Shown here: positions 35,399 through 48,305 of the stretch, in pieces
Layout of the letters: each line of letters starts with the position of its first letter
Position numbering within the stretch: the stretch's first letter is position 1
NCBI GenBank assembly: GCA_002269645.1
Contig: NIVC01001274.1
Location: forward strand, 62,001 to 126,000
Origin: Macrostomum lignano
Taxonomy: Eukaryota
Length of the DNA: 64,000 bases
Direction of reading: 5' to 3'
Notes under the pieces: generated by a model
Databases searched by the model: none
What the model was told of the DNA's origin: nothing
Seen by the model: only the letters and a program-made list of their open reading frames with translations
Translations under genes and position numbers: made by a program

Positions 35399-35923
35399 GT
35401 TGCTATGGAAACCATAGTTGAAACCATAGATGCAAATTATAAAACGTAAAGTCTTAGTTATAATAGAAACCACAGTTTAAACCTTGTTGCTATGGAAACA
35501 ATGTTTCTAACCATGTTGCTATGGAAACGATATTTGTAACCTTGTCGCTATGGAAACAATATTTCTACTCTTGTTGCTATGGAAATGATATTTTTACCCC
35601 TGTTGCTATGAAAACTATATTTCTAACCTTTTTTGCTATAGAAACCACATCTTAACCCTTGTTGCTATGGGAGACGATATTTCTACCCTTTTTATTATGG
35701 AAACCGTATTTCTACCCTGGCTGCTATGGAAGCCATATTTCTACCCCTGTTGCTATGGAAACGATATAAACTTTGTGGCTATGGTATTAATAATTTGACC
35801 TTTGTAACGACATAATAGCCTTGGTTGCTACGGAACCTTTTTAATTCTATTAATGCTGTTTCAAAATAGAATTAATAGCATCATACAAGCTACCAATAAT
35901 AAAAAATCGGTTGCTATGGAAAC
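35399..35923. repeat. Degenerate 29-bp tandem array containing GTTGCTATGGAAAC (X-box-like)
   Basis: Exact motif at 35399, 35486, 35515, 35749, 35910; variants at 35544, 35573, 35602 keep the 29-bp phase. Confidence 0.85.
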
Positions 35924-35982
35924 ACACAGTCACCTTTCACACAAAAAGACACAGAATGGGAGTAAAAAAATTCGAATAAACT

Positions 35983-38900
35983 CTAAGACCCGAACTCCTC
36001 GGTGTTGTCCGTGATTGGTCCGAATTTGAATTCTCCGCGGCCGTCCATGTGCATGAAGAACTCGTGATGCTGCCAGAGGGACTTGCGGTGGCTCACGGTG
36101 AACAGGGTGATGTTGTTCTTGCGGCAGTAAGAGTACAGCTCGGCTTCAACGTCAACTGACACCGCCGAGGTGCACTCGTCCAATATGGCGAACTGGGGCG
36201 CGTGATAGAACAGCCTGGCCATGGCCATTCGCTGCTTCTCGCCGCCGCTCAGCACGTCAGCCCAGTCGGCGATGGCGTCCCAGCCGCCTTCTCGAGTGAG
36301 AATGTGGCCGAGCTGCACGTGGCCGAGTAGTTCGGACAGGCGCTCGTCTGTTAGACGCTTCCGGCGCATGTCTTCGATGGTGTCCGGGTAGATCACCTGG
36401 GTGGGCAAGGTAAAAGGAGAAAACATTATGTACTTTTTGTAAATTACAGAACGTACTTTTAGAACCAGATGTACTTTTACTATAAAATGATCAATTAGGA
36501 ATATCGGCTATGTTTTAAAGCAGTCAATGCACTGAAGGTATCAATGAGATATATTTGAGTGATTTAAAATTTGAGTGATTTCTGATTTAATCATATCACG
36601 TACTATTAGAGTTTAAGATGTACTTTCATCACTCATGTACTTTTAGGGTTCAACAAAATGTACTTTAATTATCACTCATGTACTTTTAGGGTTCAACAAA
36701 ATGTACTTTAATTATCAATCATGTACTTTTGGAGTTCAGACGTACTCTATGTATTCATCATAATTTAATAGTTTACAATGTACTTTTAAGAGTTCAAGAT
36801 GTAATTTTAGAGCTTATAATGTAAAATTCATTTTGTGTACTTTTAAAGTTCAAGTGAATATTCAAACCTGATCTCTCAGCTTTCCCAATGGCATGTAAGG
36901 CTTCTGCGGAATGTAAAACAGTTTCCCATCAGCTGGTTTAGTCAGCCTGCCGCCGCGAACCGGCCACAGGCCGCCCAGAATGCGGAATAGCGAGCTTTTG
37001 CCGCAACCGTTCGGGCCGCAAACAATGACGTTGGTACCTGAGCGAACCTCCAAATTCAGCCTGGCAACTAGCACGTCTCCCGTTGGCGTTACTAAGGGCA
37101 CGTCTTCGAATTTGATGATGTGATCGGCGACCACCACTTGACCAAATGTGTTTAGGAGCAGATTAGCGCTGCTAGAAGACACTGGGATGCCTGAAGGGGG
37201 ATTATAAGTTCACCGCTATGTGACTGCGACTGATTGTGGAAGTTTTAATTGTAAGTTTTTGTGAATTAATAACATATTGGATTGCGACTCATTGTCTACA
37301 TAATCCTGACTCACTGTCTACCCCAATTCTGACAGTCTACCCCAATCCTAACTCACTGTCTACCCCAATTCTGACTCACTGTCTACCCCAATCCTGACTC
37401 ACTGTCTACCCCAATCCTGACTCACTGTCTACCCCAATTCTGACTCACTGTCTACCCCAATCCTGACTCACTGTCTACCCCAATTCTGACTCACTGTCTA
37501 CCCCAATTCTGACAGTCTACCCCAATCCTAACTCACTGTCTACCCCGATTCTGACTCACTGTCTACCCCAATCCTGACTCACTGTCTACCCCAATCCTGA
37601 CTCACTGTCTACCCCAATTCTGACAGTCTACCTTAATCCTGACTCACTGTCTACCCCAATTCTGACAGTCTACCCCAATCCTGACTCACTGTCTACCCCA
37701 ATTCTGACTCACTGTCTACCCCAATCCTGACTCACTGTCTACCCCAATTCTGACAGTCTACCCCAATCCTGACTCACTGTCTACCCCAATTCTGACTCAC
37801 GGTCTACCCCAATCCTGACTCACTGTCTACCCCAATCCTGACTCACTGTCTACCACAATCCTGACTCACTGTCTACCACAATCCTGACTCACTGTCTACC
37901 CCAATCCTGACTCACTGTCTACCCCAATCCTGACTCACTGTCTACCCCAATCCTGACTCACTGTCTACCACAATCCTGACTCACTGTCTACCACAATCCT
38001 GACTCACTGTCTACCCCAATCCTGACTCACTGTCTACCCCAATCCTGACTCACTGTCTACCCCAATCCTGACTCACTGTCTACCCCAATCCTGACTCACT
38101 GTCTACCCCAATCCTGACTCACTGTCTACCCCAATCCTGACTCACTGTCTACCCCAATCCTGACTCACTGTCTACCTCAATCCTGACTCACTGTCTACCT
38201 CAATCCTAACTCACTGTCTACCTCAATCCTAACTCACTGTCTATCACTGCCTCACTCCAAATCCTGACTCACCAGCAGGCTTAGCTTGTTCACTCGTTGA
38301 ATCGCCATTCGCCGAGGCTGCGGCAGCGGCGGCGGCAGCAACAGAGGCGACAGCAGGCGACCCGGTGCGCACCGCGGCTCTCTGGAACTGGCCCTTGGAC
38401 ACCTCGTCCAAGACTGTGTCCAACTCGTGAATTCGGGCGGTAAATCCGGCCAGACGTGTCAGCTCTCGGCCGGACAGTACAACTCGGCCAACAGCCTCGG
38501 CCATTCGGACAAGCATTCGACCGCTCTGGTAGTACTCTTCTAGCAGCTCAGCGTGGGAGCTGGTGGCGTATCTGCAGTGTTGAGGATTTAGTGAGCATTG
38601 ATTTGCGGCAAACTGACATTCCCATCTTTGCCGACTCTTGACGCAATCATACACACGCTCACACAGGGTGTACATGCCGACTCTTGACGCACTCATACAC
38701 ACGCTCACACAGGGTGTACATGCCGACTCTTGACGCACTCATACACACGCTCACACAGGACCTGTACATGCCGACTCTTGACGCACTCATACACACGCTC
38801 ACATAGGGTGTACATGCCGACTCTTGACGCACTCATACACACGCTCACACAGGGTGTACATGCCGACTCTTGACGCACTCATACACACGCTCACACAGGA

Positions 38901-40287
38901 CCTGTACATGCCGACTCTTGACGCACTCATACACACGCTCACACAGGGTGTACATGCCGACTCTTGACGCACTCATACACACGCTCACACAGGGTGTACA
39001 TGCCGACTCTTGACGCACTCATACACACGCTCACACAGGGTGTACATGCAGCGACCCTGGCATTCGCATCGTCTAGCATGTACACTTTCTGTGCCTTGGG
39101 GTTGGACCTCATGAGTGTAAATTGCACAGAAGCCTGACTTTGAACTCTTCGATCATATTTCTTCCAAATCATGGAATCCATGATCACGGAAACAGCTTAT
39201 ACAAAAAGTCCAATACTCACCTAGGATTAGCCAAGTTCAAGAAAGGCCAACTAACCACAAGATAGCCAACTACAGTAGCCACATACTTGGCTAGAATATT
39301 ATCCAGCAGACCAGTTTGGAAACGGAAATTGATGCACACACGAAGGTGATCAACCAACAGGCTGAATGCCTTCAACAGAGTACTCCGTTCGGCCGATTGG
39401 CCCCGATAGAATGCCACCTCCTCAGCTGCGGCAATCACGCGACTATTGACGTAGCGAAACTCGCCTTCAAGCTGCTGCTCTCGAACCGTCATCCGGCCCA
39501 ATGGACGGCGCAACCGTGTTAGCACTAGGCCAGTGAGCACTAAATAGCCAATCATACAAGCCGGAGCGTGGCCTCCAATAGTGCTAGTGAGCTTCAATGC
39601 GTAGATAACAATATCAAGAATAGGCTTGCTCAAGTTACTATAGAGATCTGCAACGCATTCGCACAGCTTGTCAACATCTTGAGCAATCAGCTGATCGGGA
39701 TTAGCAATACGGCTATCTAGATTGCCCAACTGATAATAGGTGAAGCCGCGCATCCACTTGTTAATTAGGTGAACAGTCAGTCGATGACGAAAGCGCAGCT
39801 TCACCTCCGATAGGCCCAACTTTAAAAAGTTATTAATAAGCGACATTGATGGCATCATTAGGATAAAACGAAATAGATAAGTTTTAAACAGAGACAAGCT
39901 CCGGCCAATAATGGCGCTCTCAATCATGGTACCATTGGCAATCATCCAAACATCAAGATAGGTCCTGGCCACTAGACAGGCAGCCACAAGCAGCAGGTAG
40001 AATGTTTCTGGGCTAAACAGCCGGGGTACAAGAATTTTCAATAGTCGACTGAGACGAGAGAAAAACTCTGCATCAACGTAGGCTTTGGCGGCTCGACCTT
40101 CAGATGCTTTGCGAGGATCGTTAGCTCCAGCTGCCAGGACGGCATCAAGTTCTTGCAAGCTCTTCTGGTTCCGCCTGCGCCTGCGAGCAGACAGGATCTG
40201 ATTGGCAAAGTACAGACCAATCATGCCTGTGCTGGCCAGAGCAGAAAATTGTGGCGAAAATAAATATTTACTGAGCGTAGCTGGCAT
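35983..40287 (-). CDS. ABCD3: Peroxisomal ABC half-transporter PMP70; exons 40287-39221, 38571-38273, 37190-36868, 36396-35983 (700 aa)
   Basis: [10 protein letters not shown] (EAA motif), RLAGFTARI, Walker [20 protein letters not shown], signature [17 protein letters not shown], Walker [12 protein letters not shown]; all three introns GT-AG with matching phases (2, 1, 0). Confidence 0.96.
37303..38243. repeat. 23-bp minisatellite (19-bp variants) filling ABCD3 intron 2, about 40 copies
   Basis: Unit AATCCTGACTCACTGTCTACCCC. Confidence 0.96.
38630..39048. repeat. 46-bp minisatellite in ABCD3 intron 1, about 9 copies
   Basis: Unit CCGACTCTTGACGCACTCATACACACGCTCACACAGGGTGTACATG. Confidence 0.96.
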
Positions 40288-40435
40288 TGTTGCTTTGATT
40301 GAATGTTATTATTATTAGGCATGCATTCAATTGTTGAAAAATTTAATAAAAGTTTCATTGAAAACACTGTCATATCTAATCTAAGCAGGTATGCTTTGCT
40401 TAAACTACAAGGGCTGTCTTAAAAGTAGGCCTAGT

Positions 40436-40862
40436 TTACTTTTCATTATATCTTTCATTCTGATAATCCAAATAACATCATTTTGCACAATTTTATAGCA
40501 GCAACTCTCTTCTTTTTATTAGCTTTAATATATTTAAAATTAGATAATGGAAACAAAAGATACAAAGCAAAATGTACAAGCATAGCAGGAGCTTGATTCT
40601 TGAACACATACTTACAGTAAGTCAACAAGCTAGCAGAAAGTAGTGAAAGTACTTTTGATTGAATGCACTCAGACTTCTTTGTTAGGCTGCTGTGACAAAG
40701 AGACATCTATGGAAAAACTTGGCATCTTTGTTCATAACTTTTGTTTCCAATGTCTGATTTTAAAGATGCTAAAGTTAATATGAAGAAGAGAGTTGTTGCT
40801 GCTATAAAATTGTGCAAAATGATACTAGTTGGATCATTAGAACGAGATATAATGAAAAGTAA
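40436..40862. repeat. Imperfect inverted repeat (arms about 130 bp) upstream of ABCD3
   Basis: 29-bp perfect core ATCATTTTGCACAATTTTATAGCAGCAAC at 40477-40505 with reverse complement at 40795-40823; flanking similarity continues on both sides. Confidence 0.85.
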
Positions 40863-42421
40863 CAGTTACTTTTAGGATATTCCTCATAATACATTTAGGT
40901 CTTATTTAAGTAGTATATTATTATACACTTGTTAGCTATATAATTCTAGGCTAAAAGACATTTCCCCTGAAGGATAATCGTTCACCTCAGGCATCTTCCT
41001 ACTAGATCTAAAAATATTAGTTAATTCTTGTCTAATTACTATATAATATGAGGAAATTCAAATTTATCTATCATTATACACATAAATATTTTTACATTTA
41101 AAGTTTAACTACAAGTTTTAAACTAAACTTATTTAGAAAATTTAAATATCAACATAAATACTGAATTGAAATTTTGACATTATTGTTAAGGACATTAGCT
41201 ATAATTAAAGTCAACAATACTACAATAATCTATTAACATAAAAAATATTGCTAATTGGTAAATGAGCAACATTTAATTTCATGCCTAACTTACCTAGCCA
41301 TGCTTTCAAGAATAGAATAGTGATCAGTTTATACAAACAACTGTGTTTAGTAGTATTCCTAATAGATTGCTATTATCTAATCATCAATTCAAAAGGGCTA
41401 ATCTAATATAATAATATTTCTAGCAATACAATCATTTACTAGGCTATTGGAACTTTTTATAGAAAATCTATGGTTAGCTGCTAGAAGACTATCTAGAAGG
41501 CCTATAGATTAGATAGGGGTAATAGATGTAGGATAGGATATATGATATTGAGATTAAGTTTAATTTTTTCCATTGTATATTATCATTAAGCTTTTTAGAT
41601 CTGGCCGTAGTATTCCAATAGTGCAGTTTATGGGTATAATATAGCAGAAACATTTTAATTTTTAATGGGTAGGCCCTAATTCAATTTTATTGATATTTTG
41701 TTCAATGATAAGATTAAAACAAAATGATACTTTTATTTGTAATGTTTAAAATGTTTAAGATAGGCCCTACTCTTAATGTTTAAATACATCATTAATAGAT
41801 AACTGCCTGCAGCTGCAGAAGACTGCAAGATCCATAACCATTAAAAAGTGGGTTCTGGTGCTAGAACTCTAGCCATTGCCCTTAATAGAATAGGTCTATA
41901 TCTAGTCCTAAGTCCTAGTCCAAGTAATTTAATGTAAACTCTATATATTTATTATCTAATTCTGTCAATTAACATTTGATTGAATCAATTGATCTATGAT
42001 CTCTAACTTCTACATTCTACTATTCTAATAACTAAGACTAAATGAAATGCAGAATTGACTACTGATTTTCACTTGTTTTTCATTCCAAACAGCATTTCAA
42101 AAATTGGTGTGGGAGTTATTCCATTAGCTTGCCTTATTTCTATTCAGTTCGATTCAATGGTGTAAATTGCTCATCTAAGTTAGGCCTAATTAGTAGGGCC
42201 TAATATGATAAAGTGAGAAACTCATAAGTGACACTGAGTGATTGACCAACATGACATGTTGGACTTACATTTAAATTATATATTATTATTATGGGAAAAT
42301 TATTTTAATTGAATCAAATTGATAATAATTTTTCTTTCTAGGTGCAATTTAAAGCCTGAAGGAGCTTTGCAAGTACTGCTGAGTGGGTATTATTAATGGA
42401 AAATAAAGTAAAAAAGGACTT

Positions 42422-42680
42422 AGGGCCTTTTCATATTGCTTGCTCTGGTTCCAGAACCAGAACCAATTTGTGAAGTATAACTTTTTGTCTCCATAACTAG
42501 ACGGAGATACGTACTACGTTTTTATTATTGAATGACAATCGCCAAGAAGAAAGTGAAAAATTGTGCTAAGTTAGGTTGTTAAGGCAGTCAAATATTAACA
42601 GAGTTTAATAGTTATACTGCTGTTTTTCTTGGAATTCCGAACCGATTCTGGTTCTGGAATTAGTAATATGAAAAGGCCCT
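42422..42680. mobile_element. MITE-like element, possibly PIF/Harbinger type
   Basis: 16-bp perfect TIR AGGGCCTTTTCATATT (42422-42437 / 42665-42680) plus subterminal TTCCAGAACCAGAA inverted match; non-coding; TSD imperfect (TTA vs TTG if the TIR starts at GGGCC). Confidence 0.65.
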
Positions 42681-43734
42681 TGGGCCTTACAATGAATTGA
42701 TATCTCGATTATCAATAAATTCATCAATTTTGCATCGCAAGTAAAAAAATAGTTAGTCAAGTAAAACAAAGGTTAAATAAATATAAAAATAGTTGCCTCA
42801 TTAATTACCCACAGCTAGATAAAAAATTTTCCTCTTTGTGGAAAAGTTGTTTGCACTGCGTATCAGGGGGACGAAAATAGACCTAAATAATATTCGAATG
42901 TCACTGTTTTAACGAAGATGGTCAACAATTATCCTAATTTAGGACTATAAAAATGGTTGGCTCATGTAATTTTTAATATACTGAATAAGATTTCAGCTAA
43001 TAAGTTAGCCCTAGTTTTATCATTAAATATCGTATCGATCTAATGTAATTAACAATTATACTCACAATGCTTGTCAAATTTATCAGAAAAAATCATGATG
43101 AGTTGTCACGACTCGGTCGTAGTTTAGGGCATGAACTTGTAACTTAAATTATCAGTACAGTTAGAATGCGAATTTTGTCAGGAGAACGAGATCGTACCCA
43201 CGCTTTAAATTTTCACGATGGAAATGTAAATCGGCCTAAAAATATTCGAAAAAGCAGCATTTCATACACACAGGCATTTGGGCAATAATTGAGTTCATAT
43301 ATCGACCCACTGTACGGTAGTCAAAAAATATTATGAAAGAATAAAATGAATTATTTCACACTACACGCAGCTATATAAAATAACATAGTACATGCGTGGT
43401 GTGCGCGCTATATTAAGTGTGAAATTGTTAATTGTTAAAGAATTGTTTTTACTATATATCTCCTGCACAGTGTATTTTTTCCAGGAAATTGGCCCTAAAA
43501 AGTTAAACGATCTCTGAGTTTTCATGCGAGTACGTGTACATGTACGTTCTGTTTTAATACAGTGGTCCTGGGCGTCGCCACCGAGGGGCGGACAGGACAG
43601 GGGGACATGCGCCCCCCCCCCCCAAAATATAAAAGCTATAGGGGACATACCAATGCTTTGACCCCCCACCCCACCTTGTCAACCGTTATGGAAATCAAAA
43701 AATTTTTCTTCAGTAGGGCGACAAAATGTAGCAC

Positions 43735-43890
43735 CTGCAGCGCCAAATGAGTGCCTTCCTGTGGCGCTAAAATGAGGGCCTGTGGCGCTAAAATGAGTGC
43801 CTGTGGCGCTAAAATGAGTGCCTGTGGCGCTAAAATGAGTGCCTGCGGCGCCAAAATGTGCATGTGCTTGCGGCGCCAAAATGAGCGCTG
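43735..43890. repeat. 21-bp minisatellite, about 7 copies
   Basis: Unit GCCTGTGGCGCTAAAATGAGT. Confidence 0.9.
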
Positions 43891-46232
43891 ACAACACCAA
43901 TTCTGTAAGTAATGCACATGTTAAATTATTCGCTTTGTCTCCCCCACACCAGAAAATACATGGCGACTCACCTGCAGTGGTCCTATAATGATTCCTAATT
44001 GCTTAGCATATAACGTTAATGCATTCAGTGTCCATAGCTTTGACATGACTTTTGTGCAGAGTAGTCCTAGCCTTGGTACATGTAACAAAGTGGCACACAG
44101 CTTTATGAAGAATATTTTCCATACATGTAAATCATATTTTGTGTCCATTGATTCTATTGCCAATAAACGCGATCGAAAAAATGCTCTCTGAACAAATCGC
44201 GCAAAGAGGATTTGTAGGATTAAATAAACCCGGCGGCATATCGTCCGCGCAAAGTTTTCTTTTAAAGAAACCACAAACTTTTTTTGTATTCTACACTGGA
44301 GCCGGAATTTCCATGGGCCATATGCCTGTTTACACTGGGTGCATGGAACCGAAGAGAGAAAGAAGGGAACAGCTAGAGGACTAGCTGGGCCGACATGCGG
44401 CCAGGAAGAAAGGCTTCATGCCTGCCTTCATCGATGCTCTTTTTTATAATCCAACTTCCTGTTTCAGCTTCCTATGGGATGAAGCAGTTTTTATTGATGA
44501 TCATCGGAAGTGCATTATGGATTCATCGCAGTAAAAAACGTTGGATAGTGTACACACATGCACTCAATGTGCAGCGATGCATGGAGCCAAACAGAACAGC
44601 TATAGATGCATGCCGTATGGCGAGAGTAGAGAGCATGAAACACCGTTGAGGTGCTGGGTGCCTGGAGTTATAGTTTATGAGCATAATTATTTGTTTAGAC
44701 CAAAAAGATTTTCTGCAATTTAATCCTGTGGGAAGCCTTCTCCCCAGAATTCTATGCAAAGTCTGATTGATACTATATTATATACTATTGTGATGCAGTG
44801 CTTGATCATTGCCATCAAACTTGCGCTCAAGCTTATTTTCTTGCTAACAAAAATCGTCAACGAGATAATGTTTCTAAAAAACTTTTTTGAATCGACGAAT
44901 TGATATTCACTAGTCGCGTCATCACGAAAAACGTTAAGTTGTGCTTTCTAAGGCTTTCTGTCATAGACTCACAAGTCTGCGTGTGGGAACTGCATTGGAG
45001 AGATGCTGCACGATAAAGCCGTGCATCGAAGTCATTGAAATAATAAATGTATTTAGCTGTTCTTCTGTTCTGTTCTTATCATCATCTGTAGTTCTTATTG
45101 TGAGACTACTAAACACCTGCGAGAGCCCCCGGAAGTTGAGACATTTTTGCCATAGACACACGCTGAAGCAAATGCAGGGGTGAAGAATCCTCCATCTCCC
45201 CTAGTGGCTTGTGGCTCGAGCGGAATGAATGAGAGGTTTCTGCCATACCATAGACAGTTGTTTTCCACACTATCTTGTGTAGGAAATTGACAATCTCATT
45301 TGGATTTAAGCGACTAATTCTAGCACCCAAAATGGCCGAAAGTCATCCGATTGGACTAACACTGACAACAGCAATATTGAATACTGATTTGTCAGTTTTT
45401 TTTTTTGGGGGGGGGTGGCTGAGAAACTACCGAAAACACACCGCGTCCTGGATGGTTGGCATAATTTTCCTGCACAAAAAACTCCAGGATTGAATCTCCT
45501 AGAGTTGTCTTTCCCTCTCTCTATATACGAGTATATGTCATTTTCTGTCTTTCGTATTCCGAATCTGCGCCTCGCCTGATCGCGAATGCCCGCCGGGCAA
45601 ATTTTTTTTTTTGGCGACAAAATTTCGGCGTCGTCAGAAGAGCGGCCGCGACGCGTGCAGGCGAGAAAATTTCTGAGACTGGCCAGCCGCGCGCCGCCGT
45701 GATCCTTGATAGATAGAATTGACTAGGGGTTGGTGGAAGTTGCGGCTGACTGCACTGGAGGGCGAACGAGCGCCAAAGCCGGAGCAATTATGCAAATCAA
45801 GTTTTGTTATCCGCGGGAGCTCCTACTCGCCCGTCCGGAGCCCAGAGGACTCTCCATTAATTACTGGCCTCGAGATCCCCAGTCGTGCAATTCATTCGAT
45901 CCCACAGTGGCCTGGTCTCGATTCCCCTTTCTAGCCTAGTCTAGTGAATAGAGTATCTCGCAGTTACCCCAGTACATGCTAGCTACTCCACCCTAAAAGT
46001 CAACTTTTTCGTTTCGTAATGTCAATCTTTGATAAATAGGTTGAAAATTCGTCTACAAGGAAACACAAGATTTATGAGTTTACTCTAAATTTAAACTTTT
46101 TTGGTTTTGTTTCTATTTATTTCCACTCTCATAATGAAGTACGTTTGATTCAATGTTCACTAATTGGCATTCGAGTATTGGTTCTAATTTAATTTCTAAG
46201 CTCTAGACTCAAGCGAAGTTTTTTTCTTCTTA

Positions 46233-46450
46233 ACATTACATCTCAATCACTGCATGGAGTTCTAAACATCACATCTCAGTCACTGCATGGACTTCTCAAC
46301 ATCACATCTCAGTCACTGCATGGACTTCTCAACATCACATCTCAGTCACTGCATGGAGTTCTAAACATCACATCTCAGTCACTGCATGGATTTCTAAACA
46401 TCACATCTCAGTCACTGCATGGAGTTCTCAACATCACATCTCAGTCACTG
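46233..46450. repeat. 33-bp minisatellite, about 6 copies
   Basis: Unit ACATCACATCTCAGTCACTGCATGGACTTCTCA. Confidence 0.93.
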
Positions 46451-48305
46451 GAGTCCCTACCAACAGCCGCTAAAAGCTCTTCACTTCAAATTTTCTTACC
46501 ATACTTTTTGCGTTTCAAACCACTGTGCAGCTTACGAGCTACTTCTGAAAAATGTCATATCAAAGCCTTAGAAATTACCGTGAAGTTTCCTAGTACAGTT
46601 GCAGGAAACCCTAGGGAGACTAGGTGACTCAAAAGAGGAAAAAGAGTGCGCCGGAAGTAAGCGAAGCTGAGATCCGAGATTTCTTTTGGCGGCGCCACCA
46701 AAAAACGTCGACATAAGGTTGCGAAGAATTTTGAAGCTGTCTTCACTTCCAAAGCCGCTCTCTCTTCAACTCCTTTTTTTATGCGGACAAGAAACGCGTC
46801 GTAAGAATCCAATTTGAATAGAAGGAAACTAAAGCTGTGGAAACCAAACAACAGCGAAGCGCATGACACTCCTTCTTTCCTTGCTCCGGTGGCCACTCTT
46901 TCGGAAGCAACTCAGCGGCAACGGAAGCAACTTTCCAGTGTGATTGAATTGGGAAACAGTTTTCAAGTTACAAGCAATCTTGAAAATCGGGACTTTATCA
47001 GTCACTTTAGAAGATCTATCAACTTGCGGACTCGTCAATAGGACAGATCTCAAAGAAAAAGTATAAGTTGCCTAGAAATGAACTGGTAAGAATGCGTGAC
47101 GAGTTCTTAGCTAGTCGATTTTATATCGGATAATTTAATTATTTAATTCTTCAATCTGCGTAGATGCCGTGACATTCAAATGTCCATCTTTATCGACTGC
47201 TTTTTAAACCTCTTTCACTGCCACTTAGTAAGAATGAGCGTACTATGTAAAATATTTAATTTGTTGCCAAAAGTACACGCAAAGGACGTAGTATTATAAA
47301 AAAATAATGTTTATTTATTCTGTCTTTAACAATCAACCGTTGAGTATTGAGTTCTCAGGGTACAGTGTATGTGAAATCCTACGCACGTGTTTCATGCTAC
47401 ATCGTTCCGCACTGCTTTGGCTACTCAATGAGGACAAGCCTCGTCAACAGGCAAGTACGTAACAAGCTTGACCAGAACAGCAAGACGAGTGTCTCGAGAA
47501 GTGTTAATGGGGTACTTGAGGCCTACGTACAAAATCAATCAGTAATATACATAGACATCGATAAATTCTTGCCCAACTAGCTTTGCAAGCGGAATAGGGA
47601 AGAGAAGAAAGAGAAGATGAAAGGCAGGTCGTATATGGGAATTAAGGAGCTGAAGTGGCGCATTTTTGTGCGAAGAAAAGTAAAGCAGAGAGGATGAGGG
47701 AGGGGCTTGAGTGCGGCTTCCGACAGCCTGCGGATGCTGCCGCGGCTGCCTCAACTTGAACTTCACAAGACTCTCCTCTTCGACAACAATCTCACTCAGC
47801 TGTGTGGCCACAGCTTCTCTTACTTTGAGCAATGGAATTGTATGATTCTCGCTCATTCATTCGCCTCTCAGAACTTCTTACACTTTATAATACAATAAGC
47901 GCTGACTTGGAGTTCAATATAAGAATCCGCGTAGAAGAAGAAAAAAAGCGCTGAATGATGAAGAATGAAAAGAGTGAGCAGTGACTAGAATGTTAAGAAG
48001 TTCCAGTCCTCCGGCAAAGCGAGGGGAGTTTTGCCGGCCCATTGGAAACAGAGAGCTGGGAGTTGGGCAGCGTCAAGTCTAATTGGTTGCGACAGTCAGA
48101 GAGTAGAGATTTTGGCAGTTCAAACTGCATTGGCCAGGCTCCGGCCCCTGGGAGGTAGAGGAGACCAGCTCTAGTTGGTGCTTGGGGCAAACGGTGAAAA
48201 AGGAGGCAAAAGTATTAGCATATATTAACTGTCGACAACGTTAAAGACCTCTGAATTCAAAATCTGATTTTCAACTCTTCGATTAACGTCTGAAATAAAC
48301 CAGCA

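Noticed and set aside
23405-39048. CRISPR-like appearance of regular repeats
   Set aside because: Head-to-tail units with no unique spacers, no cas genes, and a eukaryotic intron context.
47707-47830. LRR-like peptide SLRMLPRLPQLELHKTLLFDNNLTQL
   Set aside because: Spacing is off the LxxLxLxxNxL consensus and it is isolated, with no splice context.
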